DNA of 64,000 bases from Trichodelitschia bisporula (taxonomy: Eukaryota), in the NCBI GenBank assembly GCA_010356995.1, contig ML996688.1:1772579-1836578 (forward strand), written 5' to 3'. The notes under the pieces were generated by a model. It was not told where the DNA came from and did not search any database. It saw only the letters and a program-made list of their open reading frames with translations. A program made the position numbers and the translations under genes. Below, piece after piece: positions 12,126-25,577 of this stretch (its first letter is position 1; every line of letters begins with the position of its first letter).

Positions 12126-12345
12126 TGATGTGGTCACGGAAGGGAGCATTTTTATGTAAGCAGGGACGTGATGTACCCGTAATGCGAGTATGATAGAAAG
12201 GAAGGAGCAAAGGAGGATACCTTGGCAATCGTGTATTTATACCTCGAGAGTTCTCTGACTCTCCTCTTTGACGCTCTTTGTCTTTTCTCAAACTCTTTCA
12301 CAATCCCCCTGTTGTGCACACGGTGCCAGTGAGCCTGTGCTACGA
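12126..12345 (+). mobile_element. Solo-LTR-like repeat, copy 3
   Basis: TGATGTGGTCACGGAAGGGAGCA...AGAAAGGAAGGAGCAAAGGAGGATACC...CACAAT...GAGCC. The 3' terminus is degenerate. Confidence 0.65.
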
Positions 12346-13019
12346 GTAAAACAGGGCCCGACGTGATCGCTCCTTTCTCCCCCGAAGGCGGGCTCGGTTC
12401 CGTCCCCTGGTGGGGTGTGCGGGGGGGTGTGGATTACTCCGGCTTGTTGGGGGACGGACGGTGCCGAAGGGGAGTTTTCGCGTCACGGGCGAGCACGAAG
12501 GGGATGGTGAGGAAGGGGTTGGTTAGGTACCAAGCGTGATGGGATCGGGGTGGACAAGGGGTGGGAGGGGAGCTTTTGTGTACTGTAGAGCCCGTGGTTA
12601 GAAGGGAATACAGGTGACTAGCTAAGAGTAAGTATATGCTTGGAGATTGGACATCGAGCGTGGCTCGCTATCTGCTTCCGAGAGAGCTATACAACATCAC
12701 CAGTACTTTCTCACGGCCCCATAAACCACATATCACAACCACACAATCGATCAAACCTCTAACATAATCCTCAGCGCCGACACGCATACACTACAACTAC
12801 AAAAAAAAAAACCACGCACAATGCAATATCACCAGCCCCCCACACCCATAAAACCACAAACAGAATCCTCTAAGCCAGTTCCCGTGCCCCTACAAAACAC
12901 GTGTATGAAAAACCCGATGAAACGTACCGCGATACCCGCTCCCATCCCCAGACCACCCCCATCACCCGATATCGTACATCGCCCTCAAGTCATCTATGCT
13001 CTCGCCGTTCCGTGAATCG

Positions 13020-16000
13020 CTATTGAAACGACCCCGGATCCGCCATCCCATCCGCAATCGCAAGCCGCTGCTTCACCGTCTTCGCCTTCTTACTCCCCCC
13101 CCCCTTCCTCTTCTTCGCCGGCGGCCCCGCAGCCGCATCCACCGGCGTCGCCGCCCCCGACGCCTTAGCACTAACATCATCGAAATGACCCTCACCTAAA
13201 AGCACATCAGCCCCATCCCCATCTGCGAAAAAAGACAACTCACCCTCATGATACATATCATCCATACTAACCTCCTTCTTCTTCCCCGCCGCCGCAGCAG
13301 CAGTACCAGGGGCCTTCTTCTTCCTGCTCGCAACAGGGGGGACCTTGAGACCATCCTGCCCCACAGCCGCAGCCTCGGCTTCCTTCTCCTTCTCCTTCTT
13401 CTCGATCTCAGCCGCCTGGTCGTCGTCCGCGAGCCAGAGCGCAATATCCTTCGTCCGATTCTCGCGGCTCCGCGTATTGAAGTCTACGCCCGCGCCACCG
13501 CTGATGACAACGCGCTGCACCTCCTCCTTTTGCAGCGCGCGCTTGCGGATACGCTCTTCGATCGTGCCGCGCGTGATGAGGCGGTACACCGTGACCTGGC
13601 GCGTCTGGCCGAGACGATGCGCGCGGTCCATGGCCTGGGAATCGATCGTCGGATTCCAGTCAGAATCATAGAAAATAACCGTGTCCGCGGACGTCAAGTT
13701 AATCCCCAAGCCACCGGCACGGGTACTAAGCAGGAACACGAAAATCTCAGGCCGGGTCTGGAAGTCTGCGACCGTGTCGCGGCGGTCCTCGAGCTTGGTG
13801 CTTCCGTCGAGACGGCAGTACTTGTAGTTGCGGTACGTGAGGTACTCCTCCATCAGATCGATCATGCGCGTCATCTGGAAGTAGAGCAGCACGCGGTGAC
13901 CACCTTCTTTCAGTTCGCGCAGCAGGGCGTCGAGGCGCGCTAGCTTGCCGCTGTCGGTGACGAAGCGCCGCATGCTTGGGACGCTGATGTGCGTGTACCG
14001 GCTGTGCTTCTGCACGGGCTCGGGGAGCAGGTCGTGCGCTGGGTATGCCGTGGGCAGGACCTTCTCCTCGACAAGCGCCTCATCGATGCGCTCTGGCACG
14101 CGGTACAGCGCTGTCCGAACGAGCGGGTTGAAGAACGTCGCATCGCGCTCCGGCAGATGCGCCTGGCTCGAGCACACGAGCTCGATCGGCGGCGCCGTGG
14201 CCCCGGGAACTGCGCACGCCTCCGAGAGGCCGAGGCCCTGGTCGTCGAACGTCGTCTGCGCAATGTTGAACAACTTGGCCAGAGTGCCGGAAGTCGCCTC
14301 GACAAGGGGCTTGCGAGCGGACTTTTCGACAATGTTGAACAGCGCATGGGACGGAGCGTACGTATTCTCATCCTCCCCATCGTAGAGCACGTTGAAGCGG
14401 CCCAACTCGCGCCGCGTGCGCTGCTCGAGCGCGCGCTCGAACACGCCATTGCGTGGCGCTGCAGCAACCTCACCAGGCGACACGTCTGCGAAGCGCTGCC
14501 AGGCAAACGCACCATTGCTGCGAGCACTCTCACGTATATTCGTCGGCGTCCAGATACTTAAACCGCGGTGGTGCAGGAAGTGGTTCCGCCAGCCGGCCTT
14601 GTCGTTGTGCGGGCCCGGGAGGTCGATGCGGCCGCCTGCGGCAAAGATAGCGCGCGGGACGCGGTACTCGATCAAGTTGCGCACCGAATAGGCGACATTG
14701 ATGTTCTGGCCCTCGCGCATGAAGGAAGCGGTCTCGGCGAAGTGGGAGAAAGAGAATGGGGAGCTCGTGTCCGCGCGTTCGAAGAGGTCTGGGTGGTTGC
14801 ACACCTTGCGGAACTGCATAACCAAGTTCATTAGCGTCGCCGTGTCCTGGTCGTCACCGACAGCGGCCTTCTCGATTAGGTCCATGATGCTGATCTTGTT
14901 GCGCAGGTTGGTGTAGTACGCGCGCTGCCGGTACGTCAGATCACAGAACACATCGAGCTCAATCTTGTCTCCCAGCTCCTTCTGGACGTGCTTCTTGATG
15001 CGGCGCAACATGAAGGGCTTGAGAATCATATGCAGACGCTTGAGCTGGTCCTCATTGAGCTTCGTGTTACTCTGGGCGTGACTCTCGATATCCTTTGAGA
15101 ACCAGTCGCTAAACTCGTCATGCGAGTCGAACAAGCTCGGCATGATAAAATGCAGCAGAGCCCACAACTCCTGCATATTGTTCTGAATCGGCGTACCCGT
15201 CAGCAGCAGCCGGTTGCGACAGTGGAAGCCGAGCAGGCTCTTCCAGCGCGAGCTCTGTGAGGATTTGATTGCCTGCGCCTCGTCAAGGATCATGTACTGC
15301 CACTTGATCTTCTGGAAGTATTGAGCGTCCTGGACCACCAGCTGGTACGACGTCACAAGAACATGGAACGGCGAGTCCTGGCGATACGTGATATGCTTCC
15401 GGTCCCAGAACTTACGCAAAATTTTGCGGTCCTTCGCGTTGCCCCAGTACGGCAGCACCTTTAGATCGGGAACGAACTTGACAATCTCTTGCTGCCAGTT
15501 GTGCAGCGTCGATGCCGGCGCAATGACGAGGAACGGACCCCAGATGTTGTGGTTCTCGGCGAGATATGACATGACAGAGATGCTCTGTACGGTCTTTCCG
15601 AGACCCATCTCGTCAGCCAGAATCCCGTTGATGCCCTGCTCGTACAGGTTGACAAGCCAGTTGAGACCCTTGAGCTGGTACTCCTTAAGCTGGCACGACA
15701 GCATCTTGGGCTGCGGGATGTCCATGCTCTGCAAGCTGGTCGGATTTTGGAAGTTCATCTCGCCTTCGTCAAAGGCGCCCTCGTTGAAACGCTGAGCCGC
15801 TTCTTGAGCCTCGCGTACGGCGTGCTGGGCATTGGCGCGCGCCGCGTTCTGCAGATCCGTCTCGTCATCGTCGTCAAAGTCGAGTTCCTCAAAGTTACGC
15901 ACGGGTCCGTCGACGGTATCGGCGGGCTGCTCGGTGTCCGGCACAGGCGCGGCGGAACCATCGCCCTCGGTGCGCTCCAGTTCGTCGGTCTTGACCTTCT

Positions 16001-18075
16001 TGCCGATGAAATGCGAGTAGAGCTCCGTCTGCGAGATGAGGAAGTTGAGCTTACGGCGTTGACGGTTCGCCTCGCGCTCGGCCTCGGCCTTCTTCGCATT
16101 CTCCAGCTCCTGGCGCTCGGCAACCTTGCGCTGGTCGCGTTCATCGCGCTCATTGCGCTTCCAGAAGGACACCATTTCGCGCATGCTGCGCTTCGCCCGC
16201 GCTTGAACGTCCTTCTGGCTCTTGTTCGTCCGGAGCTGCCAGCGACGCGCCTCCTTTGCCGCAAGCTGGGCGGTCTTCCGGTGATTTGACATGCGAACCG
16301 TGAGCGAGTCGTTCTTAATGCGGTGGACCTTGTAGACATTCTTGCCGATCTCCTTCCAGATCTGCTCATACAGTTGGTTGTAGCTCTTGGAGGTGAAAGG
16401 CTGAGCATCGACGACGGGCGCAGCAGCAGGCGGCGGGGCGACAGGCTCCTCGGTCTGGCTGTGCTCAGCTTCCTTCTGGGCTAGACGCTCGAGACGCGCA
16501 CTCTCCTTGGGCGCAATAGGCGGCAACTCCTCGCCGCGGTCGAGCGCTGCCTGGGCGGCGGCGGCGGCGTCCTTCTCGGCCTGCTTCTGCTCCTTGCTCT
16601 TGCGGGGACGCGTGCTCTGGCGGCCGGCACGACCGCGACGCGGCGCTTCTTTGGGTTCGTCGGATGCCTGGAAAGTGCTCATTGTGCCGCCCTCCAGGTT
16701 AGGCCCGTGGGGTGTGACTTCGAGCAGCTCTTTGTTTGGTGTTTCGCCCTGGAGCAATTTGGTCGTGATGCGGAGTTTCTTTTCATGCTTTTGCGCTTCC
16801 TTTATGAGGCGTTCGCGCTCCTCGGCGTCGGCAGCCTGTGCGGCACGTTGTATGGCGGATGCGCGCTTAGCAGATTCCGCAGCAAGTGTCTTTTCTCGGC
16901 GACGTTTGCGCTGCATGTCCTTTTTCCGCTCTTTCTCCTCCGCAATCTCAGCCGCCTGCACTTCACCCCAGGCGCGCTCCTCATGATCCTTGATGTAGTT
17001 CAGCTTCGCCTGAGTGGAGGCAGCTTCGAAGGTGGCGAGCAATTTCTGGGTGATGTTGAGTCGGCGCCGCTGGTGAAAAATTAGCTCACGTGGATAATGG
17101 CGTGGCTGCCGGCGTGATTGGGACGAGATGAGACCTACCTTACGCTTGGTTTCCTCCACCAACTCCAACTCATGCACACGCTTCTCGGCGTGCTGACGGA
17201 ACATCTGGTGCCACTCATCAAACTCGCCAGTCTCGACGTCGCTGAGGTTGGCGTCGATACGAGCCGACTCTGCATCAATGTCCTTTTCCTCCAGACCTCG
17301 GTCATGGCGATCCGACTTGCCATTTGTAACCTTGGCCGGGTTGTACACGGGAGGAGGCGAGGCGGGTTCCTTACGCCTCTCATAGCTCTTAGGTGTGTAT
17401 GCTGGAGCTGCCTCATTGTCCATGATGGCGGACAACGACATGGGATCTGCCCGCGAGGGCGTCTTTTGCTTGGGCGCAGGCGACATGTCCTGTGAAACTT
17501 TTCGCTCGGAATAGTGAGAGGGGGTAAAAGCGGAATATGGTTTAGGGGAGATGGGTGAGTGTGAAGGAAGGGGTGGCGGCAGGGCTTGGTGTGGAAAGTT
17601 TGCCGTCACGGGAGAGTGGTATTGTTGGCGTTGTTCATACAAGGAGTTGGGACGCGCGTCGTAGGAAGCACTTTCGCGGCGCTGATGGGGGGGAGAAGGC
17701 AGAGTCAGCACGGACAATGGAAAAAGACTTGCAACACAGCGAATTACTCACATCGTAGACAGAATCGTATCGACGGGTTGCAGACCGATCGCCGGCGTCC
17801 TGTGTTGGATCGTAGTAGTTTGACGATGACGACTCACGCGGCGCGTAGAGTGAATGCGCGATGGGAGGCAAGGAGTTCTGCTGCGGGGATGATGGCAACG
17901 GGTTGCGATTGCTCGGGAAGGTCGGCTGTACAGGTGTGGGTGGTTTCGGATGATGGTGTCTGTTGGGTGGAGGCGAGTGCCAGGTGCGCTGGTGGCCGTC
18001 GGCTGGCATGGTGTCGCGCATCGGGCGATCTCGCTCGTCGTCGTCTCCGCGCTGCATCACCGTTTTATGGAACAT
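13020..18075 (-). CDS. INO80: Chromatin-remodelling ATPase INO80 (SNF2 family)
   Basis: DBINO-like region ([19 protein letters not shown]), [19 protein letters not shown], a split ATPase with long insertion, [11 protein letters not shown] and [11 protein letters not shown]. Introns 17682-17751, 17070-17138 and 13196-13243. Probable ATG at 18075 in ccgccATG context. Confidence 0.95.
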
Positions 18076-21000
18076 GGCGGGGACGATGGTTTTAAGGCTT
18101 GATGTGATGACAAGTGTGAGGAGTGGCCATGAGACCGGAGCGAGTGTGCGTGGAGATGCGTGCAGAGAGTTGGGTGAAAGCGTGGGTTGGACAGGTTTGC
18201 CGCGCGTTGATTAGACGGAACGGGTTTTGGTGTCTTTTGACGCGCTAAAGGGGACGTGAAGCGGGAGACTTGGAAGGAAGGTGGGTGGAGGGAGACGGTA
18301 GGTACAGTACGATGGGGATGGGAGGGACGATGGATTTGATGAAAAGAGACTAGAGAATGATGATGCTTTGTTTGGGTTGTTTGGTGTGCGGTCGAGTAAG
18401 AGAGTGTGTGTTGGGGGACTTTTTCGGAGAGGGGGGAGAGGAGGAAGGGATGAGGATGGGCAGAGACGGAGAGTGACGGGGAAGCGTGTGGGATGTGTGA
18501 GCGATCAAGAACCTGTGAGAGAGGAGAGAGAGCGAGTGAGAGAGAAGAGGCGTGAGCGGCCTTGGGGTGTCATCTGGTTGGCAGTTCGTGGGGCCTGTGC
18601 ACATCCATAACCTCTCATCTTTGTGTGTTTGTCAATTCTTTCCTCTCCTCTCTCCTCCTCCTCTCTCCTCCATAGATTGTCTCTTGTCCCTCACCTCCCG
18701 TCTTTCATCTCATGTATCTTCAAGCTTGACGCCGCTTCCTGCTACGCTCGCTGCATTGCTTCATGCCATCTCTAGTGGTATAGTAGACGATTCTTCTCTG
18801 CTTGACTCCTCATCCAGCTCTAGCCCCAGACTCCCATCGTTTCTGATCCTCCCCCGTCACCGCCCAACTCAATCCAGCTCCAATGCCTCATGTGGAGTTG
18901 CTTTCCCTTCGTTGCGGCTCAGCACGGAAGAGACAAAAATACCGGCACTGCATCGTCATCAATCCCCTTCTACCGTACCGGGCGTCGGCTTGCCCATCTC
19001 ATCCCATATCAATCTCCCGTCACCCCACGTCACATCGCATCCAGACACTCTGACACGCACCGTCCCTTTTGCCTTGAGTCGCCGAACTGTCATCCGGTCC
19101 CCGCGATACAAGAAGTGGCGTGCGAGGCACCAAGGCATCACGCCAAGGCCGTCTCATCCCCCCATGGGGCTGTGCGTCGATTGCGCCACATTCCGATCAT
19201 CTTTGCAACTTTGAGCATCTACGGAGTACGTACGGATGTACTCTTGTCGATAGAGGACTGTGATCTATATTCCGCCGGAGAACGCCAGCCTTTTGCGAAC
19301 CAGCCTTGTTCTTCCAAAAAGATAATAATGTGCCGCGGCTGCGATATTATCTGCAGTCGCGAGTAGCTTTGAATCTCTAGCAAACGGTCTCTCGTCAAAA
19401 CGTATGCCGTTATCCTTTGAAAATGGAGAGTAATATGAGTCACTGAGATATCCATAATAGCTGTAACTATTCCAGGCGGCCCCCTTTCGTGATTGAGCAA
19501 ATGAACTGGGCAAGATGGCGAGCATCCTCTCAAAATGTTGTTACCCACTTTTTCTAGAGTTTTTGCTGAGTGAAAAGCAGACACCATCGTGGAGCTAGCC
19601 TTGGGATCCTAATTTTTTCACAATGGACACGAATGTGGTATGACCTTCGGCCTCGGATTCAAGATAGGTCTATATGATTTAACGCTCGACCCCGAGGATG
19701 TCGATGGTGCTACTGATGCCAGCGACCAGTCTTGCTGAGGTTCATACTTATATTCTCCTGTCTCTAACCTTATACGAACTTCAAGTCAATACTCTGTCTA
19801 TTCGAGATATCACACACAGGCTATATCAACTCGACTAGAGAGCAGTCACCGTGTCACTGTAGGAACTCTTCGGACAGCCATAATTCCTGTTCAAATACCT
19901 CCCTCCGTTCCATTGAGCAGCTGCCGTACCGCTTCCAGGATTCTTCGGGCAGCCAGAATTCAAGATCTGATGCGTCTACGGACCCGATGGATATTACATC
20001 TCGTCCGGAAGGCACTACAACATGGGCTATCCGCCACCCCAGGGATCCCATTCTCTTACATCAAATGGGATGAACCATCTTCGTGCTATAATCCGCCGCA
20101 ATGACTTCAAGGATCACCAACCGGATTGTCCGGAGAATCCGCTCAAGCTCGTGGACAGCCTTGTGCGGGCCTGGCCCGCCGTAGACGAACGTGCCAAGGG
20201 CGACGCAAAATCGTCGTGATATCCTCGGTCCGCAAAGCGACAAATGCGGAGTCGCTGATGATACGACGAAGCCGATGAAGAATCGGCTTCGTGCTCTTCC
20301 GGAAACGGCTCAAGGGCCAGGCAAAAACGTCCGGGCCGGTCCCACCATGGTCGCTACTCCCTTCTCAGCAAGGACACTGGCAAGAGACGGCCACGGTTTT
20401 CTAGGAAGCAGCCGCGAACTTTCATCCGGCGCTTGGGTGCTTAGGGGCAGCGCAGCAAGTCCAGGTTCGGCCCTGAGTCGAACCAGCAGCAGCAGTGATA
20501 GGCAATCAAAATCTATGCACCGGCAAATATTACTCTCTGGGGACCGCCGTCAATTTCTCGGATACCTGGACGTTCCGCATTTGGTATTTGTGCCTCATCG
20601 CCTCAGTTCTCAAGATGGCTTGGCGACAGGGGTGGTCGAACTTCATCTGTGGCGCGAGGCTGTGGCTGTGCGTCCTCTGCCAAAACACCACGGCTTTCCA
20701 TCTCAACACTGCTTCGGACATGACGATACTGCCCCTTTTGGTGCTGCGGAACGCGGTGGAGTCTCGGCGACAAGGTGGTAGGTGCTCAGTGTCGGCCACG
20801 CCAAGCTTAAGCCATCTCGGCAGCTGCTTTAAATTCCGTTGTTTTGCTCGCTGTTCTGAACCCTTTCCTTTACAACAACACTCTTCCACAAACTCCTCAG
20901 TTCCCCCTGCTTTGCAACTCATTGTTGCTCCTCGCTATCAGTTTTTGAGCTTCTCCATCAAAACCTGTGTCATCACCATCCATTCCTTTGCCATAGGCAT

Positions 21001-21307
21001 CTCCACCTTTATTCCCTCTGCCGAAAAGGCATCTCCACTTTCACTCCCTCTGCCGAACAGGCATTCCCACCTCTACCCGCGGTCATCCTTTTTGCGTTCC
21101 CTCCAGCGCGTGTGAAGCGACGTCCTCGACCAGCGTGGGCAAGCGACTTCCTCAGCGCCATCGGCTTTCGCGCTTTACGCGTTCTCCGAGTTCAAAGTGC
21201 GAGGTCACATCAGGTACAAAGCGACACCAAGGATCATTTCGTTCAGCACCCAGTCTTTTCTCCAACACTGCTGAAGCGCCAGCTTTGCGCGTTGTTTACT
21301 CTCGTCA

Positions 21308-23742
21308 TGCCTTACATACCGCCGATCCTCGTCAAAGAGGAAGACTGCTCTCCCCCCGCGAGCCCAAAGAGTTACGAGCGCATGGTCCACATCTCCATCC
21401 CCAAAGGGGTTAAGGAGGTTCGGTTGGGGCTGGACACACCGAGGATTGACCGTCCTACATGGAATTATTATTACTATAATGGATTGACAAACATTCATGC
21501 TAACCGTGGCCGCAGTATGTCCGAGCCCGCGGGTCCTTCCGGCACCGGTGCCTTGGGCGCTGGTAGCAACAAGAAGTCTCTTACCAACACGCACTCGACT
21601 GCTGATACGGGCATGACCGACGTCAACATGTCTGGTGTCTCCGAAAACGCCAGCAACACTGCCATCACGGCTCCGGACGCTCTCAACACGTCGAGCGTCA
21701 ACACCGGTTCGGTCGTCGATCCGCGTGGTGTCTACATGGCGCAATCGACAGTCACCCCTGAAGCCATAGCCGCTCTTGTGGAACAAAACAGGCAACACCG
21801 TCTGCAAGTTCGACAGAACCTTCTCCCACGTGGAATTGACACGCTCGCGGATCCCAGTGCGAATCAGTCAGGCCAACAACAAGCTCAGCATCTTGCTGCT
21901 CAGAATCAAACGGCTCCTGGTCCTCCTTGGGCCCTTCAGACGGCTCCCGTTGCCCCATACAGTCAGACAGGTGCTGCTCCTGCTTCGTATGCTCAGACGG
22001 GTTGTGCGCCTGCTTCGTACCATCAGACGGCTCCAGCTTTCTCCGGACAGCAAGCGCCTCAGCGGAACGCCCAGCACGCTTACCATCAACGCGGACAGGC
22101 AGCGCCTCAGTACGAGCAGTACATGGCACAGCATGGGCAACCGGCGGGTAGTCGCTACGGTCTGCAGGAGGCGATGTATAGTGCGCAGACTTCGGACTCC
22201 TCTCGGCCTACTCACTACACCGGTAGGGATCACTTCCAAGAGAGCAACGAGCGTCCGAACATCCGGCGTCGCCTTGCTATTGACAACCGGCCGTACAGCG
22301 ACACGCGCAGCGACCGCGGCGACAGGCAGTACCACAATCGCCGCGACGACGGTCCTCGTCGCGATTCCAACAGGGATCGCCGCGACTATGGGAACAGCCG
22401 GCGCGACTGGAACAACAACGGACGCGGTCACAACGGCAATCGTAGGCGCTTTCGCGACGGTGATCGCTCGGGTCAGAACTTCCGTAGTAACCGCAATGGT
22501 CGCGACGACAGCCAGGGTCGGGACTCTCCGAACAACTTCACCCCCTTTGCCGGGCTTCCGGTTCCTCACTTCGGACCCAACAGTCCTCCGCCGCCTCCAC
22601 CCTCGGCTGGCTGGGGTCCGCCTCCTCCACCTCCTCCGCCTCCTCCTTCCAACCCCCCTCCACCTCCTCCCGCGGGTCCTCCTCCGTCGGATGGCGATAA
22701 CAATGGTGGGGTTCCTTTCATCGGGCCTCTTCCTCCTACCGCCTCCAATCCGTTCCCCAAGGGCTACTACGACGACGGTAAACCTGCCCCGCGTGGACCC
22801 CCTCCTCGCCTGGAGCACACGCGCAAGCTGCTCCACAACACCTACGTGGCTCCAATGGACGTGCAAGAGGGCCGCCCGTTCCCGCCTCCTCCCCCGGCGT
22901 TCAAGGACGTGTTCCCGGAGATAGAGAAAGCAGCGCAGCAGCCCTACTACTGGCAGAACCGCCAGGCCCGGGAGAACCAGGAGAAGGCGCGGTGCCATGC
23001 CTTGGGCGTTCCATACACAACGCAGGATACCATGGGCAACGTGTACCAGGACCTGCCCGGTGGTGGTTGCCTGAAGAACGGCAAGCGCTATCCTCCTATG
23101 GCTGACCCGAACTTCAAGGAGCGTCTTGAGCGTGAGCGTCTTGAGGCTCTGGCCTGGTGGGCTCAAGAGAAGATTCGTGCGCAGGAATACGACGAGTGGC
23201 TCAAGGCCGGTGGCGAGAATGCGGTCAACCCCAAGCCTCGTCCCGAGGGCGCCATCGTCAATACGCATGGTGTGCCTCAGCCTCAGCCTATGACGGGGCA
23301 GAACGAGCCCATGCGCCAGCACCCGGATTTTATGAAGGCTAACCACCTCACCTACGTCATGTTCCTGCGTCCTCACACCGAGCAGCAAATCTGCCTTTGT
23401 TTCAATCACATGTGTCTGGGCTGGGCGACATATGCGATGAACGTCGGTCAGCTCCCTGACGGCAAGCTCCCTCGCACTGATGACCCGGTCCGCCAGGCTC
23501 ATTATGAACGCGGTCGCCTGATGCGCCTTCGTGCGGAGAAGGACTTCGGCATGCTGGACCGTCCCCGTCGCGAGGATTACGGGGTGTCCGTTATGGGAAC
23601 GATTTGTAAAGACAACAAAATTGAGAATCACCCTCTCTTCCAGCACTTCTTGGACCAGCATGGGCTGCGGCGCGATTCGACTGAGGAGCTGGAGCGGGCT
23701 CGGAGGCTGATTGATAAGAATTTCAACGGCAAGCTTGATTAA
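21308..23742 (+). CDS. Large low-complexity protein of unknown function (Q/A-rich, R/D/N/G-rich, poly-Pro, then a more complex C-terminus)
   Basis: Open frame >2.4 kb with host-like codon usage. Start uncertain: ATG 21308, or ATG 21517 just after a branch point/acceptor (gctaac...cgcag, 21515). Confidence 0.75.
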
Positions 23743-25364
23743 GTCCTCGCTGGGCTTAGTCACATTTCGCAGATCGCTCTACCCTTTTCCACATCTTCAT
23801 ATCCGCAAGCGATTCTGCACGGCCACAACTCTCTTACTCAACTCCCCCTTTTTCACACCACATTTCACATTGAAACGACACATTTCCTCCCAACGACATC
23901 TGTGAAACTCTCTCTAGAGCATCTTTGAACCTCAAGTCAAACTTCGAACACGCAAGGAAATGGGCCTCTGGGCTTACACTTCAAGCGCATCGAGGCACGG
24001 CTCTAGTCCATCGATTCTCTTTCCTCTTTCCTCTTTCATCAGAACATCCAACAGGCGGGCGATCGGCAGCATGCACCGGTTTTACATTGGCGGAAGCGGA
24101 TCTGGACTTTAAGACCTGATTGGACAGCTCTGATGGCAACGAAACACAAGTGCGATACATCATCCTTTGCGACACATTATCCTGTGCGACATCGACATTA
24201 CAGCATTCTTTGCAATCCACCAAGCACGCGACTGGGAATGGCGGGAGCATGCACTGGTTTCATTACTAGCGGTAGCAAACGTCACGGAACTGGGCTAAAA
24301 GTGTACTTTGGTGGGCGCGGTGGATGTCATTTTGTTGATGTGGTTTGCGGATTTACGACTGGATGGGCTGGACGACGACACGACTCTTGATACCCGGATT
24401 GGGACGGCGGTCTCGCTATTTGCAGGACTGGTTCTTATGGGAGTCAGGGATTTTGTTCTACAGTGCATTGCAGGTTTCGGAGGATGGTGGCTTTTTACAA
24501 AAATGGAGTGATGGATGGTTGTATGGCCTTACGGTCGCGTAGATAGTCCAAAATCGTCTTCACTCTACTTTCTGCTTCTTGTGATGTGAACGTGCCATGC
24601 TTAATTCCTAATACTACAGTAAACCCGCCCTGATAATCCTTAGTGAGTCCATCATCAGACAAACACCACCACCAAAGACAAACATGTCCATTATCAAAAA
24701 AAAAGGCCTTCCCAACATAAAGAAGTCCTCAGCGGCTGCCCTTCGGCGGCCGTTGAAGCCCAGAAAACCGGGCGAACCGATTTTACTGATAACCCAAAGC
24801 TTTTAGCTTTCGGTGAGCACACAGGAAAAAAACCAGCGGGTGTAAGATATAGGAGAAAACTCAAAGGTTTTTAAGCTCCGAGTGTGAGAATCAAACAGGC
24901 GTCCTTGAGGGGATGTAGGCTAGACCGCAACTTGCAGCTGCGCTACGGCCCCCCCAGGGCCGCCTGCTCGATTCTCAAATGTAATTATAGATTTATGGAA
25001 TTATGTACTAATAGTCGCTCGCCCTTCATCCTATCTATTCAACCAGTCACCACGCCCTCAGGTCTAAGCGAATATAGGCGAGCCTAAGCGAGCATCCTCT
25101 CCCATTCTTTCAGCCTTACGACGCGTGGCTTCCCCGCCTTGCCTCTGTGGTGTGACGTGCAGATAAAATTTACAATATCTAACCCCAGCCCAGCCGGCGA
25201 TCCTGCGGGCACGGACTCGGACTTCCCTGACTCCGTCCTGACTCCGTGATGCACAACGGCCCTTGAAAAGCAGCAAATTCCACGGCTTCAGCCGTTGCCT
25301 CTCCAGGCCGTGCGAACGGCAGGGCCGAAGACTATTTCGGCATCCCGTTTACCGACATGCTACG

Positions 25365-25577
25365 TAATGTGGTTATGGAAGGAGCACTCTTCCGTAAGCA
25401 GGGCCATGCTGTAACACGAGTATGACAGAAAGGAAGGAGCAAAAGAGGATACCCAGCATCGTGCATTTAAACCTCTCTTCCTCTTGTCCTCTCCATCTCC
25501 CCGTCTTTCATTAACTTCTTTCACAATTACCATATTGTATACCCGTACACGGGCCAGTTGAGCCTTGTTGTATATCA
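25365..25577 (+). mobile_element. Solo-LTR-like repeat, copy 4, with probable 5-bp target-site duplication
   Basis: Ends TAATGT...ATATCA, consistent with TGATGT...ACATCA after transitions. Flanked by CTACG and CCACG (4/5 match). Internal ATTTAAA TATA-like box. Confidence 0.7.

Noticed and set aside
21868..23763. 631-aa antisense ORF, and similar long antisense or overlapping ORFs over INO80, the ABC transporter, beta-galactosidase and the esterases
   Set aside because: Shadow ORFs caused by GC-rich codon bias of the real gene; no motifs.
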